64,000 bases of DNA, from assembly GCA_043754515.1 (NCBI GenBank), contig JAYUUO010000150.1:1-64000 (forward strand), read 5' to 3'. The DNA comes from Armatimonadota bacterium. Lineage in GTDB: Bacteria > Armatimonadota > Armatimonadia > Armatimonadales > Armatimonadaceae. The notes under the pieces are model-generated. The model was not told where the DNA came from. It saw nothing but the letters and a program-made list of their open reading frames with translations, and ran no database searches. Positions within the stretch are counted from its first letter, which is position 1, and each line of letters begins with the position of its first letter. The position numbers were made by a program, and so were the translations under genes. This document shows positions 1 through 8,149 of this stretch, piece by piece.

Positions 1-1
1 G

Positions 2-409
2 TTGATGCTCGCCGCGCGGGCGGGGCACGAGAATGTCGTCCGCCTCCTGCTCGAAGCGGGCGCGGCGGTGAATCTTCAGGCGACCTACTACGGGTGGACG
101 GCGATAACGCTCGCGGCGCAAGCGGGTCACACCGGGGTGGTACGCGCCCTGCTCGAACACGGTGCCGACCAGAGCGCGAAAGCCGAGCGCGGGAAAACGG
201 CGTTGGTACTCGCCGCCGACCGGGGACACACGGAAGTAGTCACCGTCCTGCTCCAGAGCGGGGCCGACTCGAATCCCGCGCCCGACCGTCGCTGGACGCC
301 GCTGGGCCGGGCGGCATATCATGGTCACACCGAGGTCATGCGACTGCTGCGAGAGGCTGGCGCTTCAGAACTAGAGCAGCCGGGGACGCCCGCGTCAACC
401 GCGCCTTAG
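2..409 (+). CDS. Ankyrin-repeat protein, C-terminal part (runs off the window start)
   Basis: Repeated T(A/P)LxxAAxxGHxxVVxxLLxxGA motifs (about 4 copies). Confidence 0.9.
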   Translation: MMLAARAGHENVVRLLLEAGAAVNLQATYYGWTAITLAAQAGHTGVVRALLEHGADQSAKAERGKTALVLAADRGHTEVVTVLLQSGADSNPAPDRRWTPLGRAAYHGHTEVMRLLREAGASELEQPGTPASTAP

Positions 410-441
410 TAAACCGCCCCCACCCGGCGATACTGCCTCAT

Positions 442-1785
442 ATGAATCTAAAGGACGAATGCCGGGACACCGGCGACGGTTACTACACGCTCGAAACGGG
501 CGTTTCTATTCCGACCCGTATCTTCTTCAGCGGGAAGCTGTACGGCCAGTCGGAGGAGGGTCTGTTCAGCCAGATCCGCAACGCGACCGAGTATCCGGGA
601 GTACTCGATGTTTGTGTCACGCCCGACGCCCACATCGGCTCGACCGTGCCGGTCGGCTCCGTGATCGCGACGGACGGCACGCTGCTACACTCGCCGGTCG
701 GCTACGACATCGGGTGCGGGGTGCTCTGCTTCCGCTCCGATGTGCCGGTCGCCAAAGGCCGCGACGAGAAGTTGAAGCGCAAGTGGAGCGAGGAAGTGAT
801 GAAGCGGGTCGGGATCGGGGTGGGGGAAAGCGGTCATAGCACGGTCACGCGCAAAGGGTTCGCCGAGATCATACGGCGCGGCGCGGACGCCCTGGCGTAC
901 CGGGATCAGCAGACGGAACGCCCGTTCCTGCCGGTGGACGACGCCTGGACCCCGCCCGCGAAGGCGGCGGAAAAGGGCGCGGGGCAACTCGGCTCGCTGG
1001 GGGGCGGCAACCACTTCATCGAACTGCAACACGACGCGGACGGCTTTCTGTGGGGCATGATCCACACCGGCAGTCGGGGCTTCGGCTACCAACTCGCGGC
1101 GCACTACATCGCGCTCTCCCGCGCCGAAATGAAGGCGCGGGGCAACAAGACCAACTCGGACGCGACCTATTTCCTGCCCGACTCGCCGCACTGGGACGGC
1201 TACCGCAACGCGGTCGCGGCGGGCGGAAACTTCGCCACCGCGAACCGCCTGATGATCTGGGAACAGGTCGCGACCGCGTTCCGCCGCGTTTTCGGCTCCG
1301 ACCCCGAACTGTTCTACGAAATCTCGCACAACCTGGCGCAGGAGGAAACCCTCCCAGACGGGCGCGCGGCGTGGGTGCATCGCAAAGGCGCGACGCGGGC
1401 GTTCCCGGCGGGCCACCCCGCGCTGGTCGGCACGAAGTGGGAGGCGACGGGGCACCCGGTGCTGATCCCCGGCTCTATGGGCGACTCGTCTTACGTTCTG
1501 TTCCCGCGAGCGGGCGCGGCGAAGTCTTTATATTCGGTCAACCACGGCTGCGGGCGGCTCCACTCCCGGAGCGAGGCGCGGCAACGGTTCTCGCAGAGCG
1601 GCGTGAATAAGCAGATGAAAACGCTGGGCGTGATGGTGAACGGCGGCGGGGTGGACGTTCCGGTTGACGAGTCGCCAGGCGTCTACAAGGCGAGTAAGGA
1701 CGTGCTAGCGGCGGTGGTCGCGGCGAACCTCGCGGAGGTTTACGTCACGCTCACGCCGCTCGCGACGATCAAAGGGAGCGACTGA
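442..1785 (+). CDS. rtcB: RtcB-family RNA 3'-phosphate/5'-OH ligase
   Basis: Motifs PDAH, GYDIGCG, GSLGGGNHF, HTGSRG, SHN, HRKGAT, PGSMG, NHGCGR, DESPGVYK. Start placed at ATG 442 (MNLKDEC), 7 nt after GATACT; the ORF-track extension overlaps the ankyrin gene. Confidence 0.93.
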   Translation: MNLKDECRDTGDGYYTLETGVSIPTRIFFSGKLYGQSEEGLFSQIRNATEYPGVLDVCVTPDAHIGSTVPVGSVIATDGTLLHSPVGYDIGCGVLCFRSDVPVAKGRDEKLKRKWSEEVMKRVGIGVGESGHSTVTRKGFAEIIRRGADALAYRDQQTERPFLPVDDAWTPPAKAAEKGAGQLGSLGGGNHFIELQHDADGFLWGMIHTGSRGFGYQLAAHYIALSRAEMKARGNKTNSDATYFLPDSPHWDGYRNAVAAGGNFATANRLMIWEQVATAFRRVFGSDPELFYEISHNLAQEETLPDGRAAWVHRKGATRAFPAGHPALVGTKWEATGHPVLIPGSMGDSSYVLFPRAGAAKSLYSVNHGCGRLHSRSEARQRFSQSGVNKQMKTLGVMVNGGGVDVPVDESPGVYKASKDVLAAVVAANLAEVYVTLTPLATIKGSD

Positions 1786-2348
1786 GGCTTGGGGAGTCGG
1801 GGGAGCGGGCGGTGAGCCGTAGGGGCGCGGGGAAGCGGGCGATGACTTGTCCCGGTCGGGTTGTGCGGACAATGAATTGTTCCCGTTTGCGGCTCGCAAA
1901 CAGGAAGCCTCCGGCACAGGTTTTTTCGTGGCGAAAAAGACCGAGTAGACGCTTCGCGTCGCGCTTGCTCGTGGAGAACGGCCCGCCGCGCGGCTGGGAG
2001 GCTCGGGGCGTCCTGACAAGCGTGACATACCATTAACCGCACCTGCCCGCGCCTGACAAGGCGTTGCCCTACTCCCTCCCGAAACCCGGTATCGCAAGTC
2101 TCCTCACGCACCGCTCGATACAGCACACTGTCAAACTCATCGGGGAGGACGGTGAGAGCATCGGTGTACAGGGCGATTTGCCCACTGCCTCCATCAAATC
2201 TTGAATCGGGGACGGCTTCAAGAGACTCCTGTCAGCAATCGAGCGTGCGTCACAAACGGGTAACTCGCCATCACTATTCATCAAGATCCGCGATATAGTT
2301 ACGTCACGCGTGATATTCTTGATCATCCTGAGAATCGCGATGATACCA

Positions 2349-3245
2349 ATGCCATATCCCTTCATTGCTGACTCTCTTTACCGTCGCCGAGATGTCTACC
2401 GTATGATTGGGATTTCAGAGGACACTAGAGGTGGGAATTGGGACACAGGCTACGCCTCCTACAAGGGAGACTGGTTTATCTTTGTCAACGTCGGAGTCGC
2501 CGGTAGGACAGGCCACGACTACGACAACCAATGGGTCGGTGAGGACCTTCTGTGGCGTGGGAAGACCCGTTCTAGACTTGATAACCCATCCATTCAACAC
2601 ATGCTTTCGGGGAAGGGCACTGTCTACATTTTCGCGCGTTGTGATGATTCGGCTCCGTTCGTCTTCGTCGGTTGTGGTCGCCCGCATGCCACTGAGGATA
2701 CTGTTCCGGTGACAGTGCTGTGGAAGTTGGAGCCGCCTTCGACAAGTCCTGCTCCTCACATCGCAGCCCCTATGGCACAGGTGTTTGCTGACTACGGCGA
2801 TATACAGAAAATCATTCGGGAGCTACGTGACGTGTATAACCCATTAAGCGACACCGATGGTAGGCAACGTATCACCTCGTCCATTGTGCGGCGTCAAGGT
2901 CAGCCAGGATTTCGATACACGATGCTCTCGGCCTACGAGGGCAAGTGCGGTGTGACACGGACCGATGTCCCGCAAGTTTTAGAGGCAGCACATATTCGGC
3001 CCTATCGCGGGCAAGAAACAAACCATCCGGCGAATGGTTTACTACTTCGCGCTGACATTCATACCCTGTTCGACCTCGGATTGTTAGCGATCAAGTCGGA
3101 GGATATGTCTATTCGCCTTAATATTAACCTGACGGGTACCGTCTACGGCGGACTTGCCGGAAGTAAACTCCATACCCCTCGCTCCACTGTACTGCGACCG
3201 AGTAAAGAGGCATTAGATTTGCACAGGGCCGGAGCCGGACTGTGA
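2349..3245 (+). CDS. PUA/SRA-like (DUF3427-like) N-terminal domain fused to an HNH endonuclease; putative type IV modification-dependent restriction enzyme
   Basis: C-terminal RRQGQPGFR..AYEGKCGVT..LEAAHIRP..NGLLLRADIHTLFD is HNH_2-like. N-terminal FIFV..HDYDNQW..LLW.G..VYIFAR..FVFVG resembles DUF3427/SRA-type readers. Visibly lower GC than flanks. Start uncertain (2310/2340/2349). Confidence 0.78.
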   Translation: MPYPFIADSLYRRRDVYRMIGISEDTRGGNWDTGYASYKGDWFIFVNVGVAGRTGHDYDNQWVGEDLLWRGKTRSRLDNPSIQHMLSGKGTVYIFARCDDSAPFVFVGCGRPHATEDTVPVTVLWKLEPPSTSPAPHIAAPMAQVFADYGDIQKIIRELRDVYNPLSDTDGRQRITSSIVRRQGQPGFRYTMLSAYEGKCGVTRTDVPQVLEAAHIRPYRGQETNHPANGLLLRADIHTLFDLGLLAIKSEDMSIRLNINLTGTVYGGLAGSKLHTPRSTVLRPSKEALDLHRAGAGL

Positions 3246-3327
3246 CCATCTCTGCGCACTAGAGCCTGAATGCGAACCGAAAAATGACTTCGCCGAGTTT
3301 TCCGTCAACGCGTTCTGGAAAATTCAG

Positions 3328-3365
3328 TAGGCGTTGTCGTCGCTGAAGAAAGATGACAACGCCTA
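3328..3365. terminator. Stem-loop between the convergent HNH gene and ilvD; probable terminator
   Basis: TAGGCGTTGTCGTC (3328-3341) pairs with GATGACAACGCCTA (3352-3365) with one G-T pair; an outer GAGTTTTCC/GGAAAACTC inverted repeat flanks it. Confidence 0.55.
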
Positions 3366-3397
3366 TGTAAATCGGGAAAACTCAATAGATGTCACGT

Positions 3398-5083
3398 TCA
3401 CGACAAGTTCAAGTCGGTGACCGCGCCTAGCGACGACGTGCTCACGAGCCGTGCGTACTTCGCCAGCACGCCCCGCGTGTAGCGCGGCGGTTTGGGCACC
3501 CACGCGGCGCGACGCTCGGCAATAACTGCGTCGTCCACGTTCAGCGAAAGGGTGAGCGTTTCGGCGTCAATCGTGATCGAATCGTTCTCGTGAACCAGTG
3601 CGATGGTGCCGCCGACCGCCGCTTCCGGCGCGACGTGCCCGACGACCAGCCCGTATGTCCCGCCGCTAAACCGTCCGTCCGTGATCAGCCCGACCGAGTC
3701 GCCCAGACCCGCCCCGATGATCGCGGACGTCGGGGACAGCATCTCGCGCATCCCCGGCCCGCCCTTCGGCCCTTCGTACCGAATCACGAGAACGTCTCCC
3801 GCTTTGATGGAACCGGCAAGAACCGCGCTCATGCACTCTTCTTCGCTCTCGAAGACGCGGGCGGGTCCGGTAATCTTCGGCGACTTGACCCCGGTGATTT
3901 TGGCGACCGCGCCTTCGGGCGATAGGTTACCCTTCAGGATCGCCAGGTGACCCTGCGCGTACATCGGGCGATCCCACGGCCGGATGACATCCTGATCGGC
4001 GCGGGGCGTCTCAGGAATATCGGCTAAGACTTCGGCAATAGTCTGCCCCGTGATCGTCACGCAGTCGCCGTGCAAAAGACCATGCGCGAGCAGCATTTTC
4101 ATCACCTGCGGGATCCCGCCCGCGTCGTGCAGGTCGGTAGCGACGTACTTGCCGCTCGGCTTCAGGTCGCACAGCACCGGCACCTTTAACCGGATCGTCT
4201 CGAAATCGTCAATCGTGAGTGGGACTCCGGCAGAGTGCGCGATGGCGAGGAAGTGCAACACGGCGTTCGTGGAGCCACCGATCGCAATCGTGACGGTGAT
4301 CGCGTTCTCGATGGACTTGCGCGTGATGATGTCGCGCGGGCACCGATTACTCTTGACAGCCGCCATCAGAACACGCCCGGACTGCGCCGCCGACTCTGCT
4401 TTCTCCGCGTCTTCCGCCGCCATCGTGGACGAATAGATAAGGCTCATGCCCATTGCCTCGAACGCCGACGACATCGTGTTCGCGGTGTACATCCCGCCGC
4501 AACCGCCCGCGCCGGGGCAGGAGTGCTTCTCGACGCCCTGGAACTCCTCTTCGTCCATCTTGCCGTGCGTGAACGCGCCGACCGCCTCGAACGAGGAAAC
4601 AATGGTCAGATCCTTGCCGCGATATTTGCCCGGCTTGATGGTTCCGCCGTACACGAAGATCGCGGGGATGTTCATGCGGGCGATAGCGATCATCGCGCCG
4701 GGCATGTTTTTGTCGCAACCCCCGGTACATAAAACGCCGTCCATGCTGTTCGCCTGCACCGCAGTCTCGATGGAGTCGGCGATGACATCGCGGGAGACGA
4801 GCGAGTATTTCATGCCCTCGGTCCCCATGGCGATGCCGTCGGTGACGGTGATTGTGCCGAACAGTTGGGGTACCCCGCCGGCTTCCCGGATGGCGGACTC
4901 CGCGCAGTCGGTCAGCGGGCGGATGCCCATGTTGCACGGGCCGACGGTCGAGTAGGTGGACGCGACGCCGATGATCGGCTTCACGAAGTCGGCGTCGGCG
5001 AAGCCGACGGCGCGGAGCATGGCGCGGTTGGGCGAGCGTTGCACGCCTTCGGTGATGTTGCGGGAGCGGGTGTTCAGGGACAT
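3398..5083 (-). CDS. ilvD: Dihydroxy-acid dehydratase
   Basis: [73 protein letters not shown]. Confidence 0.97.
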   Translation of the reverse strand: MSLNTRSRNITEGVQRSPNRAMLRAVGFADADFVKPIIGVASTYSTVGPCNMGIRPLTDCAESAIREAGGVPQLFGTITVTDGIAMGTEGMKYSLVSRDVIADSIETAVQANSMDGVLCTGGCDKNMPGAMIAIARMNIPAIFVYGGTIKPGKYRGKDLTIVSSFEAVGAFTHGKMDEEEFQGVEKHSCPGAGGCGGMYTANTMSSAFEAMGMSLIYSSTMAAEDAEKAESAAQSGRVLMAAVKSNRCPRDIITRKSIENAITVTIAIGGSTNAVLHFLAIAHSAGVPLTIDDFETIRLKVPVLCDLKPSGKYVATDLHDAGGIPQVMKMLLAHGLLHGDCVTITGQTIAEVLADIPETPRADQDVIRPWDRPMYAQGHLAILKGNLSPEGAVAKITGVKSPKITGPARVFESEEECMSAVLAGSIKAGDVLVIRYEGPKGGPGMREMLSPTSAIIGAGLGDSVGLITDGRFSGGTYGLVVGHVAPEAAVGGTIALVHENDSITIDAETLTLSLNVDDAVIAERRAAWVPKPPRYTRGVLAKYARLVSTSSLGAVTDLNLS

Positions 5084-5313
5084 GTGTCTATTGTAGACGC
5101 TTCCCGCCCGCGAATCAAGCCGGACTTACGAGATCGGAGTGAGAACCGTCGTCGCTCGTCCACGATGCTTTCACGTGTGTCCGCGACTCCGCCTCCGATG
5201 GCTAGCCGTGAGCCGCCCCGGACCGGCGGTCTCGCGATGGCACCCCCGCTCGGTTGTAACCCGGTGGGAACGCGAGGTACAAACTCGGGGCATTTCGCCG
5301 TATGATAACCGCG

Positions 5314-5883
5314 ATGCAAGAAGACACGCTCCCCCGTAATATTGTCCTGATCGGGTTCATGGGTAGCGGCAAATCCACGGTGGGTAGGGCACTCGCGGCT
5401 CGGCTCGGGAGCGGCTGGCGGTATGTGGACTCCGACGCCCGTCTTTCCGAAGTTGCCGGATGCGACATACCCGCGCTGTTTCGCGCCGAAGGCGAGTCAG
5501 GGTTCCGGGCGCGGGAGACACAGATACTGACCGGTCTGTGCGCGGGAGAGCGGTTGGTGATCGCGACCGGCGGCGGCGCGGTGCAACTCCCCGAAAACAC
5601 CCCACTACTGCGCTCGGCGGGCATGGTGGTTTGGCTCACCGCGCGGCCCGACGTCGTGGTCGCCCGGATCGAGCGGCGCGAAGCCGACCGACCGCTCCTG
5701 GCGAATCGGGGCGATAAAAATCTGTTGGCCTATGTGCTGACGCTCCTCGGGGAGCGGGCACCCCGCTACCAGAAGGCGGCACACGTCACCGTAGACACGT
5801 CGGACCGCAACCCGGACAGCATCGCGGCCGAGATCGAGCGGAAGGCACGTGTCTGGCGGGACGCTGCCGACCCGCGTTCGTGA
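5314..5883 (+). CDS. aroK: Shikimate kinase
   Basis: NIVLIGFMGSGKSTVG, EGESGFRARE, VIATGGG, RPLL; ATG 5314 lies 7 nt after TATGAT. Confidence 0.93.
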   Translation: MQEDTLPRNIVLIGFMGSGKSTVGRALAARLGSGWRYVDSDARLSEVAGCDIPALFRAEGESGFRARETQILTGLCAGERLVIATGGGAVQLPENTPLLRSAGMVVWLTARPDVVVARIERREADRPLLANRGDKNLLAYVLTLLGERAPRYQKAAHVTVDTSDRNPDSIAAEIERKARVWRDAADPRS

Positions 5884-6127
5884 ACCGACCCCGATGCGTT
5901 CCCAGGGGCGGCTCGCGTGGTAAACGGATTGCGAGGTGGCAACGAACTGCGGGACTGCACGCTCTTTGAAGCGTGGCACGCCGGGTCGGCCGGCGTCCGC
6001 CCCCGTGGCACCCGCCAAAACGCCGACCTGAGAAAAAACGGCGACGATGGCCGCGTCCGGCGTGTCTTATTCGGGAAGCGGTCTATCCCCGCCCCGGCGA
6101 CAGGCGCGTGCCGAAGAAAATCAAACC

Positions 6128-6931
6128 ATGTTGGAACCGTCAGTCCTTATCGTAGTCCCGACCTACAACGAAATCACGAACCTCGAAACGCTTCTGGCGG
6201 GGATTCACGCCGCCGTCCCCGCCGCGCATGTACTGATCGTGGACGACAACTCGCCGGACGGCACCGGCGTTCGCGCGGGCGAAATCGCCTTGAAGGATAC
6301 CCGTGTCCACGTCCTGCACCGGCCGGACAAGCAGGGGCTGGGGCGGGCGTACGTGGCGGGCCTGTCCTGGGGCGTGGGACGTGGGTACGAGCGGATCGCG
6401 CAGATGGACGCCGATCTGTCACACGACCCCGCCGCGCTCCCGTCGCTCCTCGTCGCGTCCGAGACGTTCGACCTAGTGCTCGGGTCGCGCTATGTCCCCG
6501 GCGGCGGCACACGTAACTGGGGTCTGGCGCGGCGGGTCCTGTCGCGGGGCGGCTCCCTGTACGCGCGGCTGATCCTGGGTCTGCCGCAGAACGACCTTAC
6601 GGGCGGCTTTAAGTGCTGGCACCGCGCGACCTTGGAAGCGATCCAGCTGGACACGGTGCGCTCGGACGGGTATTCGTTTCAGATCGAGATGACCTACCGC
6701 GCCGTGCTGGGCGGCTTCTCCGTGACCGAGGTGCCGATATGGTTCGCCGACCGGGTGGACGGCGTGTCCAAAATGAGCAAGCGTATCGTGGTCGAGGCGG
6801 TCGGCATGGTCTGGCGGTTGCGGGCGAGCCGCGCCACATTCCTGGCGTCCCTATGTCCGGGCGCGGCGGAAGGAGCGCGGCGCGGCAGGGTGGACGCCCC
6901 CGGCGAGACCCGCGCCGTGACGCCGCCATGA
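6128..6931 (+). CDS. GT2 polyprenol-phosphate mannosyltransferase (Ppm1/DPM1-like)
   Basis: VPTYNE, VDDNSPDGTG, GLGRAY, QMDADLSHDP, GSRYVPGG, DLTGGFK, GYSFQIE. Confidence 0.9.
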   Translation: MLEPSVLIVVPTYNEITNLETLLAGIHAAVPAAHVLIVDDNSPDGTGVRAGEIALKDTRVHVLHRPDKQGLGRAYVAGLSWGVGRGYERIAQMDADLSHDPAALPSLLVASETFDLVLGSRYVPGGGTRNWGLARRVLSRGGSLYARLILGLPQNDLTGGFKCWHRATLEAIQLDTVRSDGYSFQIEMTYRAVLGGFSVTEVPIWFADRVDGVSKMSKRIVVEAVGMVWRLRASRATFLASLCPGAAEGARRGRVDAPGETRAVTPP

Positions 6932-7018
6932 CGCGTTCCGGGGCGGTTGTATCATTGCTATGTTTGTTCAAATCTGTGTTCTACTTGACTACGCCCGTCG
7001 TGTGATCCCCTGATGTCA

Positions 7019-8050
7019 CTAACTCTTGACGCGTCTCCCCCTTCGTGTTGCCGCCAACGAAGCGACGCCTACCAATAACAGGGCGAGTGACACCGGTTCT
7101 GGTACGGCGGTCGGGAGGGCGACGGGGAACGGCACATACGCCCCGTTTACCGCGTCCGGCGTGACATTATCCCAGGTCGGGGAGGGTGACCCGGTAGAGC
7201 CTGAGATGAGCGACACGCCCAGCGTGGAGCACCGCGCCCCCCAGACGCCCGCCAACTGCGCATCCACATCCGCGATCATCGCCAACATACCCCCCGAGAG
7301 GGACAGACCTCCGTCGAACGTGATTTGCTGCCCCACCGGGACCCCTGTCAATGTCAATGTCTGCATTTGCAGGTCGGGGTCGTCACTGAGAAGCCCCGAG
7401 GATGTGATCTTGTCACCATCAGGCGAAAGGCCGAACTTTCCGCCCGCGCGGATGCCCGTGCCATCCGTGTAGTGAGCGACGAATGATGCTTCGCCCCCGA
7501 TACCGACTGATGACGTAAAGCGGATGGGGAAACTCCGGACGCGGATATGTCGTTGCGTACCTACCATGAACTTGAACTCTACGTCCACGGGTGTCCCTAT
7601 CGGCACGGTATCGGACGTGAGGGAAAGCCTCTCGGAAAAATCCGAGAAAGAAAAAAAACTCGAATACCCCAACGGGCCGGGGGGATAGATTGGTTCGGAA
7701 CAGGCGTGGCCGGTCACGCCGAACGTCCCCGCAGATAGGTTGATGCTGGCCGCCGCCTGTCCCAGATCGCCGATTTCATTCACGAAGGCGTTTTGAGCGT
7801 GTGCGCTATCCAGCGTATGCGTTTCGTCTTCCCCGTCTTGTCCGGCGACTTGAGCACGGGTGTGTACATGTCCCTGTGCGTGCGCTACCACGCTATTGAG
7901 CAGTAAACAGGACATGAGTGCTACCGCAGTCAGGGCCGCGCCCGTCCGCACTGACCACGCGGCGTGTGAATTGACCGGAAGGGCAGGTTGTATTCCTGGC
8001 ATTTTAGACCCCGAGGTGAGGTTGGGTCGAGTGAAACGTGAGTTGTACAT
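7019..8050 (-). CDS. Secreted PEP-CTERM protein
   Basis: C-terminal VPEP + hydrophobic helix + RRGRR; N-terminal signal-like segment ending AHA-Q; AAAGGT SD before ATG 8050 (alternative start 8002). Confidence 0.85.
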   Translation of the reverse strand: MYNSRFTRPNLTSGSKMPGIQPALPVNSHAAWSVRTGAALTAVALMSCLLLNSVVAHAQGHVHTRAQVAGQDGEDETHTLDSAHAQNAFVNEIGDLGQAAASINLSAGTFGVTGHACSEPIYPPGPLGYSSFFSFSDFSERLSLTSDTVPIGTPVDVEFKFMVGTQRHIRVRSFPIRFTSSVGIGGEASFVAHYTDGTGIRAGGKFGLSPDGDKITSSGLLSDDPDLQMQTLTLTGVPVGQQITFDGGLSLSGGMLAMIADVDAQLAGVWGARCSTLGVSLISGSTGSPSPTWDNVTPDAVNGAYVPFPVALPTAVPEPVSLALLLVGVASLAATRRGRRVKS

Positions 8051-8149
8051 GAGAATTACCTTTCTGATCACTATTCTTCCATGGGTGTGTGGACGCAATC
8101 ATGGACGAGCAGGAGGAAACATCGTGGACGGCGGATAAAATAGCCGCAA

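Noticed and set aside
94..441. 116-aa N-terminal extension of RtcB in the ORF track
   Set aside because: Overlaps the ankyrin gene in another frame and is Arg-rich shadow sequence; a -10 box precedes ATG 442
1895..1920. AAGCCTCCGGC similarity to the c-di-GMP-I riboswitch
   Set aside because: The GNRA-capped P2, the receptor motif and a suitable downstream gene are not evident
2120..2204. Peptide VKLIGEDGESIGV resembling the IF3 N-terminus
   Set aside because: Very short, bounded by stops, with no other IF3 sequence; probably chance
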